Shown here one piece after another: positions 26,896-35,850 of a stretch of 43,986 nucleotides of DNA (within the stretch, counting starts at the first letter, position 1; every line of letters begins with the position of its first letter). The notes under the pieces were generated by a model. The model was not told the DNA's origin and did not search any database. It saw nothing but the letters and a program-made list of their open reading frames with translations. The position numbers and the translations under genes were made by a program. The stretch spans positions 1-43,986 of the IMG/VR virus record IMGVR_UViG_3300036833_000061; one strand, written 5' to 3'. This stretch comes from a virus (lineage: Duplodnaviria > Caudoviricetes).

Positions 26896-28604
26896 CACTT
26901 GCCTTTCGGTTCCTTGATGCCGGCCGCCTCTTTGCGCTTTGCCTCCTCCTGCTCCGCCTTCACACGCTTGCGTAGCGCATGGATCATATTATCGGCATTG
27001 GGCGGGTTGAGGACGCGAATCAGCATCTCTCGGTCTATGGCCTCGCTCTTGAACAGGAGCGCGGCCGATTCCTTGGTCTCGTCGGAGAACAACGGGGAGT
27101 GAGAATGCCCGGCTACCCTGATTCGCAGGTTTCGCTCCGCGACCAGCGCCGGTACCAGTTCTTGGCCGGTGTCGGTGGTCAACCGCTCCTTGGAGTTCTT
27201 CTGCATCAGCTTGATGCCGATGTCGCCACACTGAGAAAGCGGCTGTTCCAGCGATACCGCCACCTTCTTGATGCGCCCCGAACCCGTCATGGCGAGGTGC
27301 TTGGCATGGCCGCCGCCGCGCACCCCCTCCGCGCCCTGGCCCGTCACGGTCTCAGTAAGGCCAGACGCCTCCAGAAATATGTGGCCGATCTGCTGGAACT
27401 CTACGAAAAGATCTTCCGGCATTTTCGGGGCAAGTTCCTGGACGCTCGCCCCAGGTATTTGCTCCATGACCCAACTACCCGGCCCACCAAGGGCCTGCGC
27501 TTTCTCGTCACCGAGTCCCATGAAGCCGGAGAAAACCTTGGCGGGATCAACTTGTTTCTCCAGAATATCGGCAATCTGTTGCAGACGCTCGTTTGTCCAA
27601 TCCTGAAGTGGGATGAGCTGATCACTATGTGCGCGCCCCCAAAAGTAATTATATAAATAGTAGGGTCGAATGTGGATGAACGCGTGTTCCCCCGGAAGAA
27701 AGAGGTTGCCGTTTCCGGAGAACTCTTTTGCGTCCTTACCTGCTTTCCGCTCCAGAGCCTCTACGGTTTCACGGCTATCGGATAGAACACCGTCGATGCC
27801 ATCCACCTTGACGAATACCGCATAATCCTCTGCAACATCGTCCCATACCCATACTTCGTGGAAGCGAACGGTAGGATTTTCGGAATTGGGCTCGTAAGTC
27901 GCTCGCAGCATGTAGTTGATCGGCGTATTCCCGATCATGTTGCCGGCCAGATTGGCGCCTCCCGTGGAGGTGATGAGGATATTGGCCAGAACGGCCGGCA
28001 TATCCTCCTCGCTCTGGTTTCCGGGCTTGGCCTGTAGGTTCTTGATTTCGTCTTTCTTCCCGGCGCGAATCAGTCGCAGCACGGCGTTGTCCCAATTGAG
28101 CGAATAGGAGTGGGTGAAGGCTTCCTGGGAATCCAAATCCGGTTCTGATTCGTCGTAGACCCCAAAATCAGAGGGCGAAAACACCGTGCCGAACAGGTCC
28201 GATCGGGCTTCGTTCCACCCTACCTTTATGAACATGGAATCAAACAGCAGAGACCACAAAATGGCATCGGAAAACAAGTAAGCTAGGCCGCAGTCCCGGA
28301 AAACATCGTTCCATTCTTCTTGCAGGGCAAGAACTTGCTGGATGGCTTCTTCCTGGGAGTTGCGCGGAGCTGCAATATTGAACCTAACGTGGTCGGCTGA
28401 ATAGAGAAACGACGACACGAGGTCGGTGTGGGCCTGTAACCGATTGTATTTGACCTCTGTGTTGAAGTCGTAGGTACCGAATAGGAAATATCGCTTGCGT
28501 TGGGCGTAGAGTTGGTCGCGCTCGCGCTTCGATGCCGTGCAGATGCGAAGGATGTCCTCTATCTTCTCATCCCGGAGTTGCTTGTTCTTCCTGGGGATGA
28601 TCAT
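26895..28604 (-). CDS. Portal protein
   Basis: 569 aa downstream of TerL; VKYNRLQ, FWGRAH..QLIPLQ and ASGLTETVTGQ motifs of P22-like portals. Confidence 0.85.
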   Translation of the reverse strand: MIIPRKNKQLRDEKIEDILRICTASKRERDQLYAQRKRYFLFGTYDFNTEVKYNRLQAHTDLVSSFLYSADHVRFNIAAPRNSQEEAIQQVLALQEEWNDVFRDCGLAYLFSDAILWSLLFDSMFIKVGWNEARSDLFGTVFSPSDFGVYDESEPDLDSQEAFTHSYSLNWDNAVLRLIRAGKKDEIKNLQAKPGNQSEEDMPAVLANILITSTGGANLAGNMIGNTPINYMLRATYEPNSENPTVRFHEVWVWDDVAEDYAVFVKVDGIDGVLSDSRETVEALERKAGKDAKEFSGNGNLFLPGEHAFIHIRPYYLYNYFWGRAHSDQLIPLQDWTNERLQQIADILEKQVDPAKVFSGFMGLGDEKAQALGGPGSWVMEQIPGASVQELAPKMPEDLFVEFQQIGHIFLEASGLTETVTGQGAEGVRGGGHAKHLAMTGSGRIKKVAVSLEQPLSQCGDIGIKLMQKNSKERLTTDTGQELVPALVAERNLRIRVAGHSHSPLFSDETKESAALLFKSEAIDREMLIRVLNPPNADNMIHALRKRVKAEQEEAKRKEAAGIKEPKGK

Positions 28605-29095
28605 CTCGGCCCCTGGTGCCTTGCCTGATAGTTCGGAACGGCCCCTGTGCCTCCACTCTTTGAGTGCGTGCGGCTAGACACCCCAACCTTTTGCTCCAAC
28701 CCAGAGACCGGAAGCTTGGCGGTGACGCCCGTAGGCGCGCAGATGGCCACGGGCCGCCCCTGCTGGTCGATCGGCATGTCAATCCCGGCCCCGGCCACCG
28801 CGTTTCCGCCGGCCGGGTTGTAGCGCATGGTCTTGCCGGGAGTCACGGATGGGTTAACCTTTGGGGCCATCGATTCGTGCCGGCGCGGCGATCGGTAGTC
28901 CTTGTCGCCATAGACGGAGGTGAGCTGCGCCACCGATCGGTCTACCGCCTTGGTCTTCTCGGACTTGATGGCGAAAGGCCTGGGAATCCATTTAACCCGG
29001 ATGCCACGGCACTCTGGGCAAGGGGGGTGATCACCCTCCCCGTCCCAAGAGTGAAGGCAATGGCGATTTAGGCAGGCCCATGAGCGAATGATCAT
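28601..29095 (-). CDS. FmdB-like zinc-ribbon protein
   Basis: N-terminal CLNRHC...CPEC. Confidence 0.7.
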   Translation of the reverse strand: MIIRSWACLNRHCLHSWDGEGDHPPCPECRGIRVKWIPRPFAIKSEKTKAVDRSVAQLTSVYGDKDYRSPRRHESMAPKVNPSVTPGKTMRYNPAGGNAVAGAGIDMPIDQQGRPVAICAPTGVTAKLPVSGLEQKVGVSSRTHSKSGGTGAVPNYQARHQGPR

Positions 29096-29400
29096 GGTTG
29101 GGCAGGATAGTCTCTACCGGGTAGTTTTGCAAATAGGCCGCTCCCGGTGATATGCCACACCCGGCCTACGCGCCTGAAACGGAGCCCCTTCTGGACTTGC
29201 TCTATGGCGTAGGAAAGCCGGCGATGGTAGTTGGCGGTCAGGGGGGCGTCGCGGCGCAGGATGTGGTAGAAGTTATTCCGGTCGATGCCGGCGAAGTCTA
29301 GCAGGCACTTCACGGGGACAGTGTGCTTGCCGCGCTCGTCCCGGTACTCTGGAGAGTGCCGGAACAGCCTAAACCACCTTGTTATTTCCTCCAGGGTCAT
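29092..29400 (-). CDS. Hypothetical basic protein, possibly DNA-binding (HTH-like)
   Basis: ATGA overlaps at both ends; LLDFAGIDRNNFYHIL resembles an HTH. Confidence 0.6.
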   Translation of the reverse strand: MTLEEITRWFRLFRHSPEYRDERGKHTVPVKCLLDFAGIDRNNFYHILRRDAPLTANYHRRLSYAIEQVQKGLRFRRVGRVWHITGSGLFAKLPGRDYPAQP

Positions 29401-29645
29401 CCTAACCCCTTGCATGTTGGGCAATACGATTTGTACTTATCGAACCGCCATCCTATCTCGGCAAAGGCCGAAATCGCGTCATCGGTGATGTCGAGCATGT
29501 GCTCTCGTTTGTTGCGCGGATCGGAATCAAACATCAAGTCTCCAATCGCGGTGTGGACAATGGGACTGTCCAGCCCGCAGCGGAGGCATTGGGTGCGCAC
29601 TGGCACGAGTTGCTGAAACCACTTCTCGTCTTTGTATGTGTCCAT
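29397..29645 (-). CDS. Zinc-finger hypothetical protein
   Basis: CLRC...GW...YCPTC; TGATG overlap at the start. Confidence 0.7.
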   Translation of the reverse strand: MDTYKDEKWFQQLVPVRTQCLRCGLDSPIVHTAIGDLMFDSDPRNKREHMLDITDDAISAFAEIGWRFDKYKSYCPTCKGLG

Positions 29646-29737
29646 CAGTGCCCCAGCATAGCAAGAGAGAATGCCAGCGGCGCAAGAAGAGCGCAAAGCC
29701 CTAGCAGCAAGAAAAGGGCGATAACGGGAATCTTCAT
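29645..29737 (-). CDS. 30-aa hydrophobic peptide MKIPVIALFLLLGLCALLAPLAFSLAMLGH
   Basis: ATGA overlap with the TerL stop; GAGGGG SD. Confidence 0.55.
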   Translation of the reverse strand: MKIPVIALFLLLGLCALLAPLAFSLAMLGH

Positions 29738-31590
29738 TTCATCCCCTCGTCTACCGTGATGTTCTGCGTCCGCAGGTAATTGATGGCCATCTTCTGAGCC
29801 TGATTCGGCCCAGCTCCGATCGACTCCATGTAGGCGCGCTCGAATGTCAGCCCCATGTTGCGGAGCTTCTGCTGGACCCAGCGCCGCCATGCTTCATGCG
29901 CGAGCGCAGCCGCGATCACCCGGTCGTCCTTGTGGCCCGCAATGGCGCCGATTGATCCGCCGTCAATCACGATATGGCGCATCTCCTCCAGGCACGGGAG
30001 CGAGTTTATGACGTGTCTGTTTAGCTCGAACGAGTCCTTGAACCCGGACAGAAGCGGAGGCTTGTTGTTGCCAGACATGCGCCACTCACGGGCGTAGCCG
30101 GCGCCTCCAAGGGAGTCAGAACGCTTGTACAAGAAACTGCGCATGGCGGTGAACACGTTGCGAAGGTCTATGTCGCCGCTGGCGGAGGCTGCCATCTGGG
30201 CGGTCTGGGTGCGTAGGTCGTTGAGCTGGTTGAACACCGCCTCGCCGGGTCCGTTCAACTCTATGAGCGGCATTACGTTGCGGAAGTATCCGCATAGATG
30301 TGCCAGAACCCAGGCGCATTGATAGGTGGATATAACTGGGGATACAAATTCCGCCACCTGCACCATCTTGTCCGCGAAGCATCTGGCCACATGGATGACA
30401 GCACGGTCAGCAGATTCGCTTGAGCCATAAGCCGGGTCACATCCGGCGACATAGTGTCCATTGGGGTCTGCCTCCTCCCATACCTTGAGTTCCGCGCGCT
30501 TGTCCTTGGTCTGGAATACCTGGGTGTCCTGCCAGCGGTTGGTGAGCGCGTACTTGAACGGCATATAGGGTTGCTGCCGCGATCGGCGCATCCCATTGGT
30601 GAGTGAGTCGTTGTTGAAGAACTTGGCTCCGGTGGCCACGAAGGCGTCTTCTGCCAACCACGGAAACAGTTCGTCCATCTTGGCCTGGTCGCCGCCGTTC
30701 TTGGTCTCCAATTGCCAGCGGTACCATGCGATTTGATTGCGCGTTACCTCCACCCCGTATTGCTTCTTGACCGCATCTCGTCGCTTTCTCTCAAGTATGT
30801 GGAGAGGAGTCGCGTGGCCTTGTGGCATGTAGATGCTGAAGTACGGATGGTCATCAGCAAACACGTAATGGTCATGCCTCCACCAGCCCACAAAGATGCA
30901 GCAGATGGTGGTGTCATCCTGGCCGAGCCGAAACATCTCCTCCCAATGGTTGAAGCCGTTGGCCGTGCTTTCATAGACCTCCATCCGGTGCGGATAGTGC
31001 GTCGCCATGGTGGCGTTGAGTTCGTTCAGGTCGTCTGGCGCACCATAGAACGCCGTTTCGGTGGAGTGAAGGAAATTGTTTGCCGACGATCGGCCGATGC
31101 CGCCCTTCTCTTTTTGCTTTATGCCGGCCACGAGGTACTGAAAGAGACTTCCGTTCTCCAGGATGATCATATCCCGGTTCTCCTGCTGGACTTTCAGCCG
31201 GTGGCTACGCGGGAGGTTAGCGAGAAATACTTTAATGATGTTACGAAACTGTGCCTTTGATTGGTCGGTATGGGTAACGAACGCTCCAAGGAGCCCAGCG
31301 TGCTCCATGCCCCAGAATAAATCCAGGGCGATAAAGAATGTGGACATCCCAAGCTGACGGGCTTTAAGAATGTAGAACGTCGTAACGCCTCGCAAAAGCG
31401 CCTGTTCCATCTGGTCGAGTACATAAGTCTGCGTCCCCAGCATTTGCATTGGGATCATGCCGAACTCTTTGGTCATGATCTGGAGCTTGGAAAGGAAAGA
31501 TTCGAACCGAGCGCGCGGGAACGGCGCCACCTTCATCACGGGGAGCCGTGGCGGCAGGGGCGTCCGCACCTCCAGCCGGCCCGCGTCCAT
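29734..31590 (-). CDS. terL: Terminase large subunit (start 31590 or 31536)
   Basis: Walker A ILKARQLGMST, Walker B-like LHSTE, ESTANG motif III, nuclease motifs GCDPA and HKDDRVIA. Confidence 0.93.
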   Translation of the reverse strand: MDAGRLEVRTPLPPRLPVMKVAPFPRARFESFLSKLQIMTKEFGMIPMQMLGTQTYVLDQMEQALLRGVTTFYILKARQLGMSTFFIALDLFWGMEHAGLLGAFVTHTDQSKAQFRNIIKVFLANLPRSHRLKVQQENRDMIILENGSLFQYLVAGIKQKEKGGIGRSSANNFLHSTETAFYGAPDDLNELNATMATHYPHRMEVYESTANGFNHWEEMFRLGQDDTTICCIFVGWWRHDHYVFADDHPYFSIYMPQGHATPLHILERKRRDAVKKQYGVEVTRNQIAWYRWQLETKNGGDQAKMDELFPWLAEDAFVATGAKFFNNDSLTNGMRRSRQQPYMPFKYALTNRWQDTQVFQTKDKRAELKVWEEADPNGHYVAGCDPAYGSSESADRAVIHVARCFADKMVQVAEFVSPVISTYQCAWVLAHLCGYFRNVMPLIELNGPGEAVFNQLNDLRTQTAQMAASASGDIDLRNVFTAMRSFLYKRSDSLGGAGYAREWRMSGNNKPPLLSGFKDSFELNRHVINSLPCLEEMRHIVIDGGSIGAIAGHKDDRVIAAALAHEAWRRWVQQKLRNMGLTFERAYMESIGAGPNQAQKMAINYLRTQNITVDEGMK

Positions 31591-31606
31591 TATCCCCTGG
31601 TTGTTC

Positions 31607-31876
31607 TTAGTCAAGGTCAAGTTCCCTCTTGGCTGGCCACGGCTGCGGCTCCGGGTTTGCTTCTGGTTCTTTGGGCAAAGTGGGGCTAGCGCCAGCGTTG
31701 CTGTATGCGTCAATCTCCCGCTGCAACTCCATATCCCGCAGCAATTTAGCATAGGCCGGACCAGGCCATTCCAGCAATTTAGTATAGACTGGTTCCTCAG
31801 TGTCCTTTGAGGGGAATACGCCTGTACCAAAGATAGGCATGGCTAAACCTGCTCCTAGGTCAAACCCCATTGTCAT
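31607..31876 (-). CDS. Hypothetical protein
   Basis: ATGA overlap at 31876; operon packing. Confidence 0.55.
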   Translation of the reverse strand: MTMGFDLGAGLAMPIFGTGVFPSKDTEEPVYTKLLEWPGPAYAKLLRDMELQREIDAYSNAGASPTLPKEPEANPEPQPWPAKRELDLD

Positions 31877-32067
31877 CGTCCCGCAATAGGATACACACAT
31901 TTGTCACCTATGCGCCGCCACTCGGGCGGGCAGTAGCAATGCGACGAGTCACACTTTTGGGGATGAGCTACCGGCTTCCAGCCGGGAGGGTTGGCCGGAT
32001 ATGCGTGCCCATTTTGGGCGAAGGCGGAAGACGAGAACAGTAGAAGAACGATCAACAATCTAGCCAT
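31873..32067 (-). CDS. Small secreted Cys-rich protein
   Basis: Signal peptide ending AFA-Q; four Cys in the mature part. Confidence 0.7.
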   Translation of the reverse strand: MARLLIVLLLFSSSAFAQNGHAYPANPPGWKPVAHPQKCDSSHCYCPPEWRRIGDKCVYPIAGR

Positions 32068-32338
32068 TGTCGCAATCCCTCATTGCCATGTAGACCATGC
32101 AGAGTGTTAGCCGCAGGTGCTCCTCGTTCTTGTGGTCAAACGACTCCAGCTTGAAGTCGCCGTTGCGCTGTTTAGTGGGCCAATGCCGGTTGGCGTACTC
32201 GCGGAACCGAGCCACACCGGCCTTGATGATCGCATCGTTGGGGGCGAGTGCTTCCACAATGTCGTCCTGTACCGGCCGGCTGTCGTCGGGCGCGGGGTCG
32301 CTATCGGTGCGAATCTTAATTCGAATTGGGAGGCGCAT
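32060..32338 (-). CDS. Hypothetical protein
   Basis: Operon packing. Confidence 0.65.
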   Translation of the reverse strand: MRLPIRIKIRTDSDPAPDDSRPVQDDIVEALAPNDAIIKAGVARFREYANRHWPTKQRNGDFKLESFDHKNEEHLRLTLCMVYMAMRDCDNG

Positions 32339-32660
32339 GGTTCTCGGCTTTCTGATCTATCTTGGCATCCATCTCGCCCAACTTTGCCTGAATTGCCTCA
32401 CCCACAGCCAGCGTTACTATCGCGGTATTCGCCGCCACCTTCTGGGCGGTCAGCAACCGATTGGTGTTCGTATCAGCCTTGACGGATGCCTCCTCCTGCC
32501 GTGCCAGGAGTAATTTCCGCGCCTTCTCGGCCCGCTCTTCCATCTCGTCCTGCCGCTTGTAGTCCATGCGCTTCATGACTCTGGCGTTGTAATTGGTGAT
32601 GAACGCCATGATGGCTGGCGCAAAGACTGAAACTATCAGGGCCAGCCAGAACTGTTCCAT
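32316..32660 (-). CDS. N-terminal TM plus coiled-coil membrane protein (start uncertain; an in-frame hydrophobic stretch extends upstream)
   Basis: MEQFWLALIVSVFAPAIMAFIT followed by a charged helix. Confidence 0.65.
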   Translation of the reverse strand: MEQFWLALIVSVFAPAIMAFITNYNARVMKRMDYKRQDEMEERAEKARKLLLARQEEASVKADTNTNRLLTAQKVAANTAIVTLAVGEAIQAKLGEMDAKIDQKAENHAPPNSN

Positions 32661-32766
32661 CAATTCCACCAAGAATTCCAGTAGGATCAAAAGGATATAG
32701 CCGGCCCACACCAACCACAAGCCCAATACCGTGTAAAGGAAGACTCCGGCCAATAACCAAGAAACC

Positions 32767-33018
32767 CTATACGTCGGTCGGTCCTCCTGGAACTTCTGGA
32801 GGAAGCGCGCTTTGGAATGTGGCGGAATCGGCCTCCAGTTGTGCAAGTAGAACATTGATACTATCCATAGTGGCATTGCTACCAGTGATAAGACCAGCGA
32901 TAGCTTGCACGTAGGGGACCTCGCTGATCACGCCTTGCTCAATCGCGGGCGCGAGCTTGATCAACGCCATGACGATCTGCTCGGCAAGAGAAAGTGCGGT
33001 CGGGATGTCTATGCTCAT
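32767..33018 (-). CDS. Amphipathic helical protein coupled to the lipoprotein
   Basis: ATGA overlap and GGAG SD. Confidence 0.7.
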   Translation of the reverse strand: MSIDIPTALSLAEQIVMALIKLAPAIEQGVISEVPYVQAIAGLITGSNATMDSINVLLAQLEADSATFQSALPPEVPGGPTDV

Positions 33019-33392
33019 TGTGAGGCTCCGTTGAGGACAGTCTGGATGCCGGTTACCGCCGTGGTAACGGCTCCGATGACGTTGCTGGCGTCAACATTGG
33101 GGTATGCGGTCACGAAGGCTACAGCCGCCTTCATGGAGGCGATTGCCTTGCGGTCTGCACCTTGCAGGCGCACGAGGACGGATCGCTTGGCGCACGGAGG
33201 CGTAACACTGTTGTCCTTGTGGCAGAGCGGGAGTTGCTTGTAGACATTCTCGGCCGACAAGACGGTGCCGTAGATGCCTTCCGCAGCCCACAGCGAGTTC
33301 AACCCAACTCTGCCTTGGAGGTTGAGCGAAGGTAACTGGAACGAGGCGCACCCGGAAAGAGCGAGTGCGAGAGGGATGACTAAGATCTTCAT
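33015..33392 (-). CDS. Lipoprotein (possible spanin-like lysis component)
   Basis: Lipobox LALSGC after a hydrophobic leader; AGGAG SD; located in the lysis region. Confidence 0.75.
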   Translation of the reverse strand: MKILVIPLALALSGCASFQLPSLNLQGRVGLNSLWAAEGIYGTVLSAENVYKQLPLCHKDNSVTPPCAKRSVLVRLQGADRKAIASMKAAVAFVTAYPNVDASNVIGAVTTAVTGIQTVLNGASQ

Positions 33393-33402
33393 TTGCAGTC
33401 TC

Positions 33403-34248
33403 CTATGTGATGTTTACGTTTCCGGATTTGACGGCGCCCGGCGCGCTCATGGCAGGGTAGGCCTTGCAGGCCACGATAGAGCAAGTCCCAGAGGCTTGGC
33501 TGAAATTAGCACTCCCAAATGCGCAGGAGGAAAAGGTCGTGTGACCGGCTTGTCGGAGAAGAACCGGAGACGAAATAACACAACTGTTGAACACACTGTA
33601 TGCTGTACCGCTGCCGCCATCATAGATGCCGATACTGGCGGCATAATCACCAGAGAAGTCGCACTGTTCGAAGTGATTCTCCATGACGCCGCCCCCCGGC
33701 AGCGGAGTGCCCTGATAGAACCCGTATTGGCAATGCTGCCCGCTGGTGTCGAATTTGCAACGCTTGTACCAGTTGGCGCCGTTAGAAACCAAGGAGGCAA
33801 ACTTCCATCCTGAAATAAAACAATTCTCGATCTGCCCATCGACCCCATTATTGAATAGTGCCGAATTACCGCCCCAAATTCGGCAATTGGAGATATGCAC
33901 CGGAGCATTGACGGCAATTGAAACAGCGTTGCTGTTGGTGGCATTTGGGTTGGTATATCCGCACACGAAGGCATCGCGCAGAGCCGCATGGCTGCAAGTA
34001 GAATCAAAGACAATGACCCCGACATCCTCGTTCTGAGACTGTAAGAACGTCCCACCGTAACCTTGCCCGCTGCATTGCAGGATTACGCCGCCTTTCATCA
34101 CCAAGTTCTGGATGAAGAAATTACCAGGAGGGACGATCACGAAGCCGCCCCCATTGGCGTTGTACATGCCATCTATGGCGCCCTGGAACGCTTGCGTATC
34201 GGTGCGTCCAGTCCCGAGCCAGTCTGTGACGGAGGCGTATTGGCTCAT
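33403..34248 (-). CDS. Pectate-lyase-3-like beta-helix protein
   Basis: GTGRTDTQAFQGAID...GGFVIVPPGNF...GVILQ N-terminal cap and Cys-rich beta-helix rungs; ATGA overlap at 34248. Confidence 0.8.
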   Translation of the reverse strand: MSQYASVTDWLGTGRTDTQAFQGAIDGMYNANGGGFVIVPPGNFFIQNLVMKGGVILQCSGQGYGGTFLQSQNEDVGVIVFDSTCSHAALRDAFVCGYTNPNATNSNAVSIAVNAPVHISNCRIWGGNSALFNNGVDGQIENCFISGWKFASLVSNGANWYKRCKFDTSGQHCQYGFYQGTPLPGGGVMENHFEQCDFSGDYAASIGIYDGGSGTAYSVFNSCVISSPVLLRQAGHTTFSSCAFGSANFSQASGTCSIVACKAYPAMSAPGAVKSGNVNIT

Positions 34249-34661
34249 GGCTTTGTATGGTTGACGATGTTGAACTTGACTTGAAGACACCCCCCCGGCT
34301 CCCACCCAACATGCCATAGCACACGTTTCCCAGAGTAGGAAACGAAAGGCAGAGGTATAGGGAGACGGATAAGGCTCCATTTCCAGCGCCGTGAGTCTCC
34401 GATGTCGGCCCATTCGGTGACCATGACGGGGGCTGGGCCAGTGACGTTGAAGTTTCTATCGCTGACGCCGACTACATAATTCAGGAAATTCATGAAAGGG
34501 TTGCGCAGGTACCAGAAGACATAGCGCCACCACAGAGGGCGTGTGGGCAGGTACCAAGACGGCGGGTCGGGTTCGCTGTCATTGCCGAACCACCAGATCG
34601 GATTGATCTTGTCCCACCATGGCCTCAGTGTGCGGCCCGACACTGCGACGGTCTCGATCAT
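34245..34661 (-). CDS. Trp-rich hypothetical protein
   Basis: WWFGND...WYLRNP...VGW; coupled at both ends. Confidence 0.75.
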   Translation of the reverse strand: MIETVAVSGRTLRPWWDKINPIWWFGNDSEPDPPSWYLPTRPLWWRYVFWYLRNPFMNFLNYVVGVSDRNFNVTGPAPVMVTEWADIGDSRRWKWSLIRLPIPLPFVSYSGKRVLWHVGWEPGGCLQVKFNIVNHTKP

Positions 34662-34948
34662 GTTTCCGGCACGTTAGGCCACGGATTCGGCATCACCCAT
34701 GCCTGTGTCGGCAATGGCACCCTTTGAAGGACAGAGAGATATGCAGTCGTTCTTTCCGTAGTAGAGTATCGAGCCGCGACCGTCCCATCTGCGGATCTCT
34801 CTACGTTGAACCCTCTCATAGTCAGAAGATCGTTATCTACAAACCAACCGAGAGCTTCTTTAACTGCTGGAGCGGAATGGTCTCCGTTCCGGTAGTCACC
34901 CGGACAGCAGTGGTAGTGCATAAGAATTTCAATTTCCAAAAGAGTCAT
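34658..34948 (-). CDS. Hypothetical protein
   Basis: GAGGAG SD; ATGA overlaps. Confidence 0.75.
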   Translation of the reverse strand: MTLLEIEILMHYHCCPGDYRNGDHSAPAVKEALGWFVDNDLLTMRGFNVERSADGTVAARYSTTERTTAYLSVLQRVPLPTQAWVMPNPWPNVPET

Positions 34949-35289
34949 GGACTCCTCTTCGGCGGGTCTACAGCTGATGTCACATTGGGAGGCAGCGCGT
35001 CGGCCAGCGCCTTCTCGGCGGCCGGTAGAACGATCTGCGGAGGCGGTACCCCCGGCTCTACCGGCTTGGCGGCCGCCTTCATGATGCTGGCGCGACTATT
35101 CGCGTACAGCGACCACAGCGACCCGACAACAATCATGGCAGGCCCGGCGATGGTAAGGGCAGAGTTTACGAGGTTGTTGGTGGACGCTGCGTTGGCGCCC
35201 AGTCCTATGGCCAAGGTACCGAGCGCAGGCAGAAGGAGGCGAAGCTGTCCCATCCACTGGTCTTGAGAGGGGGTTAGGTCTAGGCTCAT
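34945..35289 (-). CDS. Putative holin (2 TM)
   Basis: Two hydrophobic helices ending LWSLYAN; near the endolysin. Confidence 0.6.
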   Translation of the reverse strand: MSLDLTPSQDQWMGQLRLLLPALGTLAIGLGANAASTNNLVNSALTIAGPAMIVVGSLWSLYANSRASIMKAAAKPVEPGVPPPQIVLPAAEKALADALPPNVTSAVDPPKRSP

Positions 35290-35459
35290 AGCAGGCTCCA
35301 GATTAGTTGCGCGATGTCAATCAACTCATGGATCACCAGCAACAAGACAGCAAGAAAGACTACAACCTGGACCGGGCCTATGTTGCTCCACCACCCAGCC
35401 GGCGTAACGTGCTTATCCAGCCAGTGCTCCAAGTTGTCCCTATCGTCCTCGTCGGGCAT
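35286..35459 (-). CDS. 57-aa membrane protein (MPDEDDRDNLEHW...), not in the ORF track
   Basis: Open frame fills the gap; ATGA overlap with the holin candidate; one TM segment. Confidence 0.55.
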   Translation of the reverse strand: MPDEDDRDNLEHWLDKHVTPAGWWSNIGPVQVVVFLAVLLLVIHELIDIAQLIWSLL

Positions 35460-35850
35460 AGAAGCTGGCTCGATCCTTGTCGTCTTTGGTCAGGAAATAT
35501 CCGTGGTGCTTCATACTCCTGATCCTGATACCGCGACGTATGAGTTTCTTGTTCATGCGGTAGATCGCCGCCGTTTCTGCGTTTTCGCTTACGGCATCGT
35601 TCTTGCCGCCAGACAAGAACAACTGCAAGGTCTGGCGCGATACGACCTCACGATTCATAAGGAGGCTAAATAGACCCGGCTCGTTGCCGACGAGACCAAG
35701 AACCGTCCACCATTCCTTATCCGGCTTTAGCAGCCGCTCCAGTTGGAGGATTCGTTCCCGCAACGACCGGATCTCGGCCTCCAACCCACCAAGAGGCGAG
35801 GGCGGTCTGGGTCTTGTCTCCCCAGAGGAACTTTGACAGGTCTGCGCCAT
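35440..35850 (-). CDS. Coiled coil plus OmpR/PhoB-type winged-helix DNA-binding protein (no receiver domain); start uncertain
   Basis: LFSLLMNREVVSRQTL...AIYRMNKKL...IRSMKHHGYFL matches the Trans_reg_C pattern. Confidence 0.7.
   Translation of the reverse strand: MAQTCQSSSGETRPRPPSPLGGLEAEIRSLRERILQLERLLKPDKEWWTVLGLVGNEPGLFSLLMNREVVSRQTLQLFLSGGKNDAVSENAETAAIYRMNKKLIRRGIRIRSMKHHGYFLTKDDKDRASFYARRGR

Noticed and set aside
31591-31830. N-terminal extension of TerL to 31830 (possible fused TerS)
   Set aside because: It overlaps a separately coupled ORF (31607-31876) and does not look like a folded domain
31847-31870. MGFDLGAG start resembling MGFDLAAAG of 11771-13159 as a shared targeting signal
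   Set aside because: Only five identical residues with no further similarity; could be chance
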